A program made the position numbers and the translations under genes. 35,042 bases of DNA. It comes from an uncultured Nitrososphaerota archaeon. Its GTDB lineage: Archaea > Thermoproteota > EX4484-205 > JAAOZO01. Positions 8,928-17,680 of the stretch are shown here, in pieces. Within the stretch, counting starts at the first letter, position 1, and each line of letters starts with the position of its first letter. The notes below the pieces were generated by a model. It was not told where the DNA came from and ran no database searches. It was given only the letters and a program-made list of their open reading frames with translations. The stretch spans positions 1 to 35,042 of the forward strand of contig CAZXBW010000002.1 of the NCBI GenBank assembly GCA_964639105.1. The letters are read 5' to 3'.

Positions 8928-9826
8928 TGTCGAAGGAAGGCTTCTGTCCCCATTGTGGATCAAAGAGGTTGCTCTATGATTCGGAGAACGGAGAACTCGC
9001 GTGCGCGGACTGTGGACTAGTTGTGCACAAGAACGAGTACGATTTCTCCCCTGAGTGGAGAGCCTTCACGGAGGAGGAGAGGGACCAGATGGAAAGGATC
9101 GGCCCTCCTAGGTCCTCGCTATTTGACAACGGGGGGCTTTCCACGAAAATAGTCCCGACGAAAAAGACGGAGGGAGACTCTCAGGACCCGAATCGATATC
9201 TTAGGCTCGCTAAGTGGCAGGACAGATCAGCCTCCTCGTCTTCGGAGGTCAGATCTCTACCGAAAGCTCAATGGTTGATAAGCAGTTCGAGCCTTAAACT
9301 GAGGTGTCCGAGACCAGTGGCGGAGAGAGCAGCTGAGATATACAGGGAAGCACACGTCAAGGGCTTGGTCAAGGGAAGGGCCATGGAAGCAGAGGCAATG
9401 GCTGCTCTCTATATGTCATGCAAGAGGTTTGACAATCCGAGAACCCTTGAGGAGATATCAAGGGTCTCCGGCGTGAAGAAGTCCTCAATAGCGAAGTCCT
9501 ACAGGGAAATGGTCTGGAGCATGGGGTCGCCGAAGAACAAGGACGAATCCACTCTCGTGCTCACAAGGCTTTCAGACAAGTTGAACTTGAGAGGACCCGG
9601 ACTGAAACTCGCATTGGAGTTGTTGGAGCGGGCCAAAGAAAAGAAATTGAGCTGTGGCAGATCTCCCACGAGTCTGGCAGCGGCCTGCGTCTATCTGTCA
9701 TCAATGATGGTCGAGTCTCCCATAACTCAGAAGACGGTTGCATCAGTGGCCAACGTTACAGAAGTCACCCTCCGAAATAGGTACAAGGAGATGATAGAGG
9801 TCCTTGGCCTCAAAGTGCCTGTCTGA
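8924..9826 (+). CDS. tfb: Transcription initiation factor IIB (TFB)
   Basis: An N-terminal zinc ribbon (CPHCGSKRLLYDSENGELACADCGLVV) and a B-reader/linker (EWRAFTEEERDQMERIGPP...GLSTKI) are followed by two cyclin-fold repeats. The start forms an ATGA overlap with the gar1 stop. Confidence 0.92.
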   Translation: MMSKEGFCPHCGSKRLLYDSENGELACADCGLVVHKNEYDFSPEWRAFTEEERDQMERIGPPRSSLFDNGGLSTKIVPTKKTEGDSQDPNRYLRLAKWQDRSASSSSEVRSLPKAQWLISSSSLKLRCPRPVAERAAEIYREAHVKGLVKGRAMEAEAMAALYMSCKRFDNPRTLEEISRVSGVKKSSIAKSYREMVWSMGSPKNKDESTLVLTRLSDKLNLRGPGLKLALELLERAKEKKLSCGRSPTSLAAACVYLSSMMVESPITQKTVASVANVTEVTLRNRYKEMIEVLGLKVPV

Positions 9827-9869
9827 CACAATCGCTTAATAATTCCGTCAGTTCATGATCACGTAGTCC

Positions 9870-10256
9870 TTGTCGTCAAGGTTCGTCACAAAGAGGAGCA
9901 CCCTCGAAAGAAAAGCCCTAGACATAGTCATGAAGGCTGGGCCAGAGGGTATTCTGCAGACCGAACTCTGGAAAAAGATCGGAGTGAGCAGCTGGGAAGG
10001 GTCAAGGATATGCGTGAGGCTTGAAAGATGGGGACTCATAGGCAGGGAGAAGTTCCTCAGTGACGGAAGATGGACATACAAGATATTCTCGACAAAGCCA
10101 CCGTTGAAACTAGATTCAATAATGGGAGCGCCATGCATAACATGTCCCTACTTCTCACAATGTGCGCCCGGCTCTGAGGTATCGCCGGAGAGGTGCATTT
10201 GGCTGGAAGAGTGGGTGCTGACATCGGAGGTCGTCTACACGCCTCGCAATGCCTGA
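9870..10256 (+). CDS. Winged-helix DNA-binding protein with a C-terminal four-cysteine domain (possible TFE-beta/Rpc34-like)
   Basis: The N-terminal wHTH pattern reads LERKALDIVMKAGPEGILQTELWKKIGVSSWEGSRICVRLERWGLIGRE...RWTYKIF. The C-terminal motif CITCPYFSQC-x14-C has four Cys. The start is TTG. The 3' end overlaps the rlmE start by 8 nt. Confidence 0.5.
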   Translation: MSSRFVTKRSTLERKALDIVMKAGPEGILQTELWKKIGVSSWEGSRICVRLERWGLIGREKFLSDGRWTYKIFSTKPPLKLDSIMGAPCITCPYFSQCAPGSEVSPERCIWLEEWVLTSEVVYTPRNA

Positions 10257-10905
10257 TGTCAAGCGGCGTTGGATAGAAGAGCGCAAGAGGGACGTCTACC
10301 ACAGAAAGGCCAAGGAACTCGGGTACAGAAGCCGAGCTGCGTTCAAACTGATGCAGATCGACAAGGCCTTCAGATTGCTGAAGCAGGGCTCTCGCGTAAT
10401 AGACCTCGGTAGCAGCCCGGGTGGATGGACTCAGTACGCTGCCGAGATCACAGGACCCGAGGGCCTCATAATAGCGGTCGATGCCGCGGATTTGAAGGAT
10501 CTGGGCATGAAACAGGTCAAGTTCATCAGAGCCGACGTGATGAGCCCAGACCTTGAATCCTCCATGAGCAGAACTCTCTCACCCGGAAGCGTAGATTTGG
10601 TGATGTCTGATTTGGCGCCCGACATGACAGGCAGGTACGAGGTGGATCACGAAAGGCAGATCGCGCTGGCTGAACGAGCGCTTGATATCGCAACGGTCTT
10701 TCTGAAGATCGAGGGCAACCTCGTAGTGAAGGTGTTTGAGGGGAGGCGTTCACTCCTTTTCGAGAGGCGTGCTGCGGGCTTGTTCGGAAAGATCAAGAAG
10801 TTCAGGCCAGCAGCGTCCAGAAAGAGGAGTTCTGAGTGCTATCTCATCTGCCTGGGGTTCAAGGGCTCAAGTCCTATTCCTGAAGAATCTCAGATAGCTC
10901 CTTGA
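10249..10905 (+). CDS. rlmE: 23S rRNA (uridine-2'-O)-methyltransferase RlmE/FtsJ
   Basis: FtsJ family motifs are present: YRSRAAFKLMQIDKAFRLLKQGSRVIDLGSSPGGWTQYA, VMSDLAPDMTG and LVVKVFEG. Confidence 0.9.
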   Translation: MPDVKRRWIEERKRDVYHRKAKELGYRSRAAFKLMQIDKAFRLLKQGSRVIDLGSSPGGWTQYAAEITGPEGLIIAVDAADLKDLGMKQVKFIRADVMSPDLESSMSRTLSPGSVDLVMSDLAPDMTGRYEVDHERQIALAERALDIATVFLKIEGNLVVKVFEGRRSLLFERRAAGLFGKIKKFRPAASRKRSSECYLICLGFKGSSPIPEESQIAP

Positions 10906-12067
10906 ATCGCACGCTTGCTTTTATCGCGCTCGGGTCAAACAGAGTTCGGCTTGCGGTCACTCCACTGTCACGAAGCTTGGTCAGCATATCTTCGATTCGC
11001 AGGGCCTCACCTCCACAGGCTCTCGCGAGCAGGTAGTGTGGGTAGTATCCGAGAATCTCGCTTCTCTCCTCAGATATCTTGTATATCAACTCGTCACAAG
11101 GAGGAGATACTCCTAGTCCAAAGTCCCTCAGCTTGCCCGTGAAATCCGTGTCTTCATATGCCCCCGTCCAGATAGGTCCACAGACTGACTCAGCTGGTCT
11201 CCGAGTGTATTCAGCGTTGGCCAGATCTCGATGAGTCAAGACTTGCCAGTCTAGGGGATCCTCGCATAGGCCAAGATAGCCGACCTCCTGCATGGCGCGC
11301 AGTGCTTTTGGCCTGCCCCGCAAGATCTGGAAGTATGCCCTGAAGTAGTTCCTCTCACCATAGCAGACCAAAGGTTTGGCGCCCATCCCGTGCCTAGCCG
11401 CAGCTTGTATGACTGCCGCTATCAATACCCTAATCCCAACCTCCTTCAGAAAGGGAAGCCTAGTGCAGAATGAGTCGTACGTGATCCTCATCTTCTCGGG
11501 ATAGATGCCGCACAAGACTGGCGTGTCCGTAGCTGTCACAGCCAAGAATCCCCTATGGATCACGGATGTGACTGCAGTGTCAAGGAACGGCCCAGGGCTC
11601 CCGAACGGATCAAGGTCCACGTATCCGAACCTGCTGCCAGGTTTCGAGTGTTCGGCCAAAAACACATTTGCGTCTGACGAACTGACCGTGACATTGTCTC
11701 GAACTCCATTCAACGCCGAGTTCTTCACGATCAAATCGACAGCCTGCTCACTGAGGTCGTTCGCAAACGCCTCAGTCACACATTCGGTCTCCTTCAGGAA
11801 CCTAATCGAGCGTATGCCCACACCCGCTAGAGGATCGCCAACAGTCAACTTGACACCATTAACCGCTTCCACTGTTCTGATGAAGGCGACAGCCAGGTCC
11901 CTGTTCGTCTTCATCAATGGATTGAAGAACACAAGTGCCTTGGAGGGCACGTACTCTCTTTCGCTTGTCTTGTACCTGTCCAGTCTCGAAACGTATATCT
12001 GAGCAGCGCCCTCTTTCACTAGTTGAAGCTCCAACGCGATCCCTGCTGATAGCGAATAGTTACACAT
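10874..12067 (-). CDS. trm1: tRNA (guanine(26)-N2)-dimethyltransferase Trm1
   Basis: TRM1 family pattern VFFNPLMKTNRDLAV, DPLAGVGIRSIRF, VDLDPFGSPGPFLD. Confidence 0.88.
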   Translation of the reverse strand: MCNYSLSAGIALELQLVKEGAAQIYVSRLDRYKTSEREYVPSKALVFFNPLMKTNRDLAVAFIRTVEAVNGVKLTVGDPLAGVGIRSIRFLKETECVTEAFANDLSEQAVDLIVKNSALNGVRDNVTVSSSDANVFLAEHSKPGSRFGYVDLDPFGSPGPFLDTAVTSVIHRGFLAVTATDTPVLCGIYPEKMRITYDSFCTRLPFLKEVGIRVLIAAVIQAAARHGMGAKPLVCYGERNYFRAYFQILRGRPKALRAMQEVGYLGLCEDPLDWQVLTHRDLANAEYTRRPAESVCGPIWTGAYEDTDFTGKLRDFGLGVSPPCDELIYKISEERSEILGYYPHYLLARACGGEALRIEDMLTKLRDSGVTASRTLFDPSAIKASVRFKELSEILQE

Positions 12068-12095
12068 TTATCCGTGCAAATCCGCGTCGTTCGAC

Positions 12096-13469
12096 ATGGA
12101 AGATGTCTTGGTAGTCGGTGCTGGACCAGCAGGCGCAACCGCCGCTAGGTTCGCCGCTGAGGCTGGCCTCTCAGTCCTTCTTCTGGATCAGAGCTCGAGT
12201 AAGCAGATCGGTGACAAGGTCTGTGGAAATGCGATAGGAATGGATGTGTTCGAGAAGGTCGGCATCGACCCGCCGAAGTCAGCGTACCACGGGCTGGTGG
12301 AAGGCATAGAGATAGTCTCTCCAGACTGGAAGATGGTCTACCGACTTGAGCAGGAAGGAGAGAAAGGGATGATCCTAGACAGGCTGGGATTCGGCCAGTA
12401 CCTGTTGCAGCTGGCGCTCGACGCCGGCGCAGAACTGCAAGACAGCTTCGCAGTCACAGGACCCGTGCTTGATGGAGGTGTGATCGGCGTGCGTGGGCTC
12501 AATCAGAAGACGAAAGCCAAGGAAGAGCACAGGGCCAGAGTCGTAGTGGATGCCTCTGGAGTAGGAGCAGTGATAAGGAGAAACTTGGGGGATCTCGTCG
12601 ACAACTCGACCGAAGATGACGAGACAATGGTTTGCCACAGACAAATCAGGAAAGTATCCGAACCCATAACGAGGTACTCACGGATATACTTGGATCAGAA
12701 AACGGCTCCCGGCGGATACTTCTGGTACTTTCCCATGGGCGACGGAATGGTGAACACCGGGCTTGGCGTGGCAAAGGGTACGACAAGTCCAGAGCCAGCC
12801 TTCGAAGCGTACGCGAAGAGAGTCCCTGGATTGGCGGAATCAACTTTGGTCCATGCTGGTTCAGCTGTAGTGCCTACCAGAAGGCCCATGTCTCCATCGG
12901 TGTACGATGGAGTCATCTTCACAGGGGACGCAGGCTTCACCGTTGACCCTCTGCATGGTGGAGGAATAGCTTCCTCAATGCAGGCGGGAAAGATAGTCGC
13001 TGAGACTCTCGTGGAAGCCATCAGCAAAGGAGATCATTCGGTCAAAGCGCTCTGGCGATCCTGTCGCGACTTCAACACAACTGTAGGCTGTGTTCATGCA
13101 TCCCATGACGTGCTGAGGATCTTCCTCCAAGGACTGTACAACGAAGAGGCAGACCTTGGCATGGCAAACGGAATAATCACGGAGCAGGATGTCAAAGACA
13201 TGAGTTCGGGCAGACCGCTAAACCTAGGTCTGACCGAGGGGATTCACAGATTGCTGACCGGCGCTGGCAAGGCTCAGCTGTTGGCCAAATTGCTAAGGCT
13301 GCCAGGACTGTTGAACGAAGCAGAAAATCTGTACTCCAGATTTCCCAGCGGACCCGGCCCCGAATTTCAAGCTTGGAAACAAAGGGATCTGGCCCTTCAC
13401 AGAAGGGCCCACGATCAGGTCGGTGGCACCGCCTTGGCTAGGGCCATGGCTTCCGCGAAGGGTAACTGA
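12096..13469 (+). CDS. Geranylgeranyl reductase family flavoprotein (archaeal lipid saturation type)
   Basis: The FAD dinucleotide fold VVGAGPAGATAARFAAEAGLSVLLLD and the motif GDAGFTVDPLHGGGI are present. The 457-aa length is consistent with long GGR paralogs. Confidence 0.85.
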   Translation: MEDVLVVGAGPAGATAARFAAEAGLSVLLLDQSSSKQIGDKVCGNAIGMDVFEKVGIDPPKSAYHGLVEGIEIVSPDWKMVYRLEQEGEKGMILDRLGFGQYLLQLALDAGAELQDSFAVTGPVLDGGVIGVRGLNQKTKAKEEHRARVVVDASGVGAVIRRNLGDLVDNSTEDDETMVCHRQIRKVSEPITRYSRIYLDQKTAPGGYFWYFPMGDGMVNTGLGVAKGTTSPEPAFEAYAKRVPGLAESTLVHAGSAVVPTRRPMSPSVYDGVIFTGDAGFTVDPLHGGGIASSMQAGKIVAETLVEAISKGDHSVKALWRSCRDFNTTVGCVHASHDVLRIFLQGLYNEEADLGMANGIITEQDVKDMSSGRPLNLGLTEGIHRLLTGAGKAQLLAKLLRLPGLLNEAENLYSRFPSGPGPEFQAWKQRDLALHRRAHDQVGGTALARAMASAKGN

Positions 13470-15127
13470 AGTCTGCAGGCTCTGGTTTCACTGGTTCTCC
13501 TCTCCTTTTCCTATAGGAAGCTGAGATGAAACCATAGAAACATGGGTTCGGGGATCCGGGCCAGCTCTTGAACTCAGGGTGGAATTGCGTGGCAAGGAAG
13601 AACGGATGACCTGACAGGGCAAGTATTTCGGCCCTTCCGTCATCTGAGTTGCCCACGATCTCCAGCCCAGATTCGTTGAGCTTGCTGATATAGTCGCTGT
13701 TGATTTCATATCTGTGCCTGTGCCTCTCGAACACCTCCTCCCTTCCGTAAATCTTGTGAGCTAGACTTCCTGATCTCAGGTTGACCCGGCTCACTCCAAG
13801 TCTCTGAGTTCCTCCCATCTGGCCTATCTTCAATTGCTCCTTGGATATGTGCACGACTGGATAAGGAGTGTTCGGGTCGACCTCTGTTGAATTTGCGCCG
13901 TCCATACCTAGCACATTTCTGGCGAATTCCACGGCCGACAACTGAAATCCAAAGCACAAACCCAGAAACGGGACTAGGTTCTCTCTGGCGTACTTCATTG
14001 AAAGCATCTTTCCCTCTGCCCCCCTGCTTCCGAACCCTCCCGGAACCAGAATGCCATCGGCCCCACCGAGCAGATCATCTGTCGCCCCTTTCTTCTCCAG
14101 TTCCTCCGCCTCAATCATCTCGACATTCACCTTGATCGCCAGCTTGCCTCCTGCGTGGTGCAGGGCGTCCATCACGCTGATGTAGCTGTCAGGAACGCTA
14201 ACGTACTTGCCTATCAGCGCTATCTTGACCTCGTCCTTGGGTTTCAGGATCCCCTCAATGGATCTGCTCCAAGCGCTCCAGTTGGGTTTCTGGCCCTTGA
14301 GGTTCAATTCGTCACAGACTGCGTCTCCAAGCCCCTGTTGGTCCAAGTATTCCGGCAGTGCGTATATCGACTCCAAGTTCACGGCCGCAAACGCGTACCT
14401 CCTTTCTACAGAGGAGAACAACGCGACCTTCTGCATTACATCCTCTGGTGGTGCTCCCTTTGACCTTACGAAGATCAAGTCAGGCTGGAGGCCTATCCTT
14501 CTCAACTCTTGGACGCTGTGCTGAAGAGGTTTCGTCTTGTACTCACTGACGGTTTCCAGAAATGGCACGAGCGCAACATGGGCGATGACAGTGTTGCCCT
14601 CGCCCACTTCCAATCTCATCTGCCTCACGGCCTCAAAGAAGGGCATCCCCTCTATGTCCCCAACAGTACCTCCTATCTCAACTATTCCAACATCGGCCTC
14701 TGCAAGCTTCGTGGCCTCGCTTATCCGTTGCTTTATCTCGTCAGTGACATGGGGGATTATCTGCACACATTTCCCGAGATAGTCGCCCTTCCTTTCCCTC
14801 TGTATCACCTCTAGGTAGACTTGGCCTGTAGTGATGTTACACTTCTTTCCGATGGTGTTGTTCAAGAACCGTTCGTACCTACCTAGGTCGAGGTCGGTTT
14901 CGCCGCCATCCTCAGTGACGAAGACCTCTCCGTGCACGTACGGGTTCATGAGCCCGCTGTCGTAGTTGAGATACGGGTCTATCTTGATGGCGGTGACCTT
15001 GAGGCCTCGGACCTGCAAGCACTTGCCGATCGAGGCGGCCACGGACCCCTTTCCAATTGCTCCTCGTCTACGACGAGTCTGAGCTGAGGACGCCGCCCGT
15101 CACGAACACGTACTTGACCTCTCCCAT
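13438..15127 (-). CDS. pyrG: CTP synthase, split gene. Exon 1 is 15079..15127, the 22-nt BHB element is 15057..15078, and exon 2 is 13438..15056. The product is 555 aa if spliced.
   Basis: The downstream ORF contains DPYLNYDSGLMNPYVHGEVFVTEDGGETDLDLGRYERF plus a glutamine amidotransferase domain (GLCFGFQ, HRHRYE). The missing N-terminus MGEVKYVFVTGGVLSS is encoded from ATG 15127 behind a GGAGG, in another frame, and ends at TAG 15068-15070. Removing 15057..15078 joins the two parts in frame. Confidence 0.85.
15057..15078 (-). other. Candidate bulge-helix-bulge (tRNA-type) intron inside pyrG. The full motif spans 15053..15087.
   Basis: The minus-strand RNA reads UCA-GCUC-AGA-CUCGUC-GUA-GACGAG-GAGC-AAU-UGG. 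The outer helix is UCA/UGG. The central 4-bp helix is GCUC/GAGC. The 3-nt bulges AGA and AAU lie on opposite strands, each 3' of its central-helix strand. The inner 6-bp helix carries a GUA loop. Cutting after bulge nucleotide 2 on each side excises 22 nt. Confidence 0.6.
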
Positions 15128-15137
15128 TGTCAACTGC

Positions 15138-15142
15138 CCTCC
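15138..15142 (-). promoter_or_regulatory. Shine-Dalgarno-like GGAGG, 10 nt upstream of the pyrG exon 1 ATG
   Basis: The minus strand reads aaGGAGGgcagttgacaATG. This supports 15127 as a genuine translation start. Confidence 0.45.
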
Positions 15143-15186
15143 TTGTCATGGATTGCCATGAACGTCGCGATGCGACAGCACAAATG

Positions 15187-15194
15187 TAAATAAA
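15187..15194. promoter_or_regulatory. A/T-rich TATA-like element (TAAATAAA) in the divergent pyrG / SIS-gene intergenic region
   Basis: This is the only strongly A/T-rich block in the 15128..15261 spacer. It could serve either or both divergent genes. Confidence 0.3.
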
Positions 15195-15261
15195 TCCTTG
15201 ACCGCGATGGTTGTCGCGAAGCAGCTTGAAGAAGACGAAGAAGCCAGAGCCCGGCGAGAAG

Positions 15262-16320
15262 ATGATTAGAGAGGTCTACGAAGAGCCTGAGGCAGTCAAT
15301 AGGACCATGGCATCGCAGATGGAAACGATCAGGTCCATAGCTAGAGCGGTGGCGGTTCGCCATCCCAGCAGGCTGTTCTTCATGGGAAGCGGAACGTCCT
15401 ATCACGCTGGCGTGGTCGGGGCGTACACGCTGAATAGATTCACCGGCGTACTAGGAATCCCCGTCTTGGCCTCGGAATTCTCGCAGTTCGCCGGCAACTC
15501 GATCAGACCTGATGATGTCTTGGTGGTCTACTCGCAGTCGGGAGAGTCAACGGACACCCTGGAGGCGTTGAGATCAGCCAAGTCCAAAGGAGCTTACATA
15601 GTCGGGATTACTAACACGATGGGTAGCAGCCTCACACACGAGTCGAATCAGAGCATCGTGACACAAGCTGGCGTTGAGGAAAGCGTAGTTGCAACGAAGA
15701 CCTTCTTAGCTCAACTGGCAGTCACGATATCCTTGGCTTGTCTGATAGCGGAGTCGGGCGGATATATAACGAGAGAAAAGGCGGACGCCATCCTGCAGTC
15801 GATCGACCAAGCACCAGGGCAGATAGAGAAGGAATTGGACAAGTGGAAGAAAGCAACCAAGGAAATCGCCAAGAAGATCAGGGGGATGCATGACGCGTTC
15901 GCTTTGGGAACGGGGATGGAATATGGCGTTGCCTTGGAGACTGGATTGAAACTGAAGGAAGCATCACTGACTCACTCCGAGGCGTTCTCCGTGGCTGAAT
16001 TCAGGCACGGTCCTCAGTCCCTAGTGACGAAGGGCGTAGCCGTCATCATGATAGCTCCCGAGCCCGGAAAGAGCCTGGAGTCCTCCGAGAAGCTTGCACG
16101 TGAGTTGAAGGAGAAGAAGGCCACAGTGGTATCGATCGTCGAGCAGGAAAGGGCTTTTGCTGGTAGTTCTTCGGACTTCGTCATACACATACCGGCATCA
16201 GACCCCGTCGTGAGTCCGATCCTGCAAATAGTCCCGATTCAACTTCTGTCATACAACCTAGCTTTGGTCCGAAAGGTTAATCCAGACAGTCCGAGGAACC
16301 TGACGAAAGTTGTGAAGTGA
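15262..16320 (+). CDS. Tandem SIS-domain sugar isomerase, GlmS isomerase-domain-like without the glutaminase domain (possible glucosamine-6-phosphate deaminase/isomerase)
   Basis: The sequence MIREVYEEPEAV...FFMGSGTSYHAG...VVYSQSGESTDTLEAL and the C-terminal PDSPRNLTKVVK mirror the GlmS isomerase half (..PRNLAKSVTVE). No N-terminal Cys glutaminase domain is present. I prefer ATG 15262 over the upstream TTG 15211. Confidence 0.75.
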   Translation: MIREVYEEPEAVNRTMASQMETIRSIARAVAVRHPSRLFFMGSGTSYHAGVVGAYTLNRFTGVLGIPVLASEFSQFAGNSIRPDDVLVVYSQSGESTDTLEALRSAKSKGAYIVGITNTMGSSLTHESNQSIVTQAGVEESVVATKTFLAQLAVTISLACLIAESGGYITREKADAILQSIDQAPGQIEKELDKWKKATKEIAKKIRGMHDAFALGTGMEYGVALETGLKLKEASLTHSEAFSVAEFRHGPQSLVTKGVAVIMIAPEPGKSLESSEKLARELKEKKATVVSIVEQERAFAGSSSDFVIHIPASDPVVSPILQIVPIQLLSYNLALVRKVNPDSPRNLTKVVK

Positions 16321-16356
16321 GTCCAGCGGATGGCCGGTTCTGGCAGTTGAGGTTGA

Positions 16357-17670
16357 TTGGGCTTGCAAGTTGTCATCTTCGAGGATGAAGCTGCTCATAA
16401 CCTCGAGCCTTTGACTCTCACCCGCGGTGCTTTCGACATCAGGCTCGGTCCACTCTCTTTCACCGAACGCATCAAGTGCTACTTGAAAGCGGAGCGCGTG
16501 GACTTTCTGTCGAGGGATTACATCGCTGAGCATATTAGGGCGAAGAAGAGGGTCAAGGCAAACGAACCCGATGCAATAGATGACGAGGCTCTCTTCGTAA
16601 ATGGGATGCTGGTCTTTGACCATGACCTCAGGATTATTGCCAAGAATATCAAACCGGGGACGGTCGTCTTCAAGTCAGATAGGCTAGTGATGGCGAAGTT
16701 CGGCCAGTCTCCAGCAAGAGAAGCTGCCAAGTTGCTCATCGGGGCCCCGGGGCATCAACCCATGGCATCTCTTGAGTCCATGGCCCTTGAGCGGAGGGAA
16801 TATGAGGGTGACGCCCTGATCACGAACCTATGGGAGCTCATTGAGAAGAACACACATCAGATCTCTAAGGACATCGCCATCGTGCCAAAGGGATCCCGAG
16901 GGAGGATTTCGACGAAGGCCGTGGTCGTGGGGAACAGAAAGAATCTCGTCATGGCCAAGGATTCCGAGGTCGACCCTTACGTCGTGCTGGATGTGACGGA
17001 AGGGCCCATATACATAGGTGAGAAGTCGAAGATCTACGCTAGCAGCTGGATAAAGGGCCCGGTCTACATAGGGTCAGGCTCAATCATCCATCCAGGTTCA
17101 GTGATAAGGGAAGGCTCAAACATAGGAGATGTCTGCAAAGTTGGGGGAGAGGTCGAGGAATCCATAGTGCACGCCTACTCGAACAAGCAACACGCGGGAT
17201 TTCTCGGCCACGCGTATGTGGGCGAATGGGTCAACCTCGGCGCGTTGACGACCAACAGCGACCTGAAGAATGACTACAGCACCGTGGAGATTCACGTAGG
17301 AGGTCGGCTTGTAGACTCTGGGACTCAGAAGCTCGGATCCTTCATAGGCGATCACACAAAGACCAGCGTTGCTTGCTTCCTGAACACAGGGACGGTAGTA
17401 GGTGCCATGTGTAACATCATCTCAGGGGGTGACCCTTCCCCCAAGTTCATTCCATCCTTCTGTTGGTACTTCCGGGGAAGGTTCAGCAAAGGATGGGGGT
17501 TCAGGAGGACCATCGAAACGGCAAGGGAGGTCATGAAGCGGAGAGATGTGACGCTGACGGATGAAGATGTGACCATGTACCAGCGGATCTATGATATGAC
17601 TGAGGAAGAGAGAGAGAAACTGATAAAAAGGTCAAGGGTCAGGCGAAGAGAAAGGACAGACCAAGCCTAA
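16357..17670 (+). CDS. GlmU-like sugar nucleotidyltransferase-fold / left-handed beta-helix acyltransferase-fold protein
   Basis: The N-terminus [27 protein letters not shown] resembles the putative sugar nucleotidyltransferase family. The C-terminal half consists of hexapeptide repeats ([47 protein letters not shown]...). The start is TTG. Confidence 0.65.
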   Translation: MGLQVVIFEDEAAHNLEPLTLTRGAFDIRLGPLSFTERIKCYLKAERVDFLSRDYIAEHIRAKKRVKANEPDAIDDEALFVNGMLVFDHDLRIIAKNIKPGTVVFKSDRLVMAKFGQSPAREAAKLLIGAPGHQPMASLESMALERREYEGDALITNLWELIEKNTHQISKDIAIVPKGSRGRISTKAVVVGNRKNLVMAKDSEVDPYVVLDVTEGPIYIGEKSKIYASSWIKGPVYIGSGSIIHPGSVIREGSNIGDVCKVGGEVEESIVHAYSNKQHAGFLGHAYVGEWVNLGALTTNSDLKNDYSTVEIHVGGRLVDSGTQKLGSFIGDHTKTSVACFLNTGTVVGAMCNIISGGDPSPKFIPSFCWYFRGRFSKGWGFRRTIETAREVMKRRDVTLTDEDVTMYQRIYDMTEEEREKLIKRSRVRRRERTDQA

Positions 17671-17680
17671 ACAGGAGGGA

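Noticed and set aside
8367-8963. A 198-aa minus-strand ORF (and 7939..8370, 8389..8718)
   Set aside because: These ORFs are antisense to the confidently identified rps8e, srp19 and gar1 genes. They have no recognisable motifs.
15062-15084. An alternative reading of the same hairpin as a bulge-helix-loop that excises 11 nt (ACUCGUCGUAG)
   Set aside because: This reading places the bulges 5' of the central helix strands, which is the wrong handedness compared with tRNA BHB motifs. Removing 11 nt deletes the stop but leaves the downstream CTP synthase out of frame.
13438-15127. pyrG as a simple pseudogene, a programmed frameshift or an assembly indel
   Set aside because: I deprioritised this reading but have not excluded it. 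The lesion is a single discrete 22-nt block. Its boundaries coincide with the predicted cut sites of a perfect hBHBh' motif. Both flanks are otherwise intact and conserved, and exon 1 keeps its own SD and ATG. A random indel would not be expected to create a 4-bp helix flanked by two correctly oriented 3-nt bulges. Read-level verification is still needed.
15211-15261. TTG 15211 as the start of the SIS-domain gene
   Set aside because: The extra 17 residues (SRSSLKKTKKPEPGEK) are low-complexity. The TATA-like box at 15187-15194 would place the transcription start at or beyond this codon. GlmS isomerase domains begin at a sequence equivalent to MIREVYEEPEAV.
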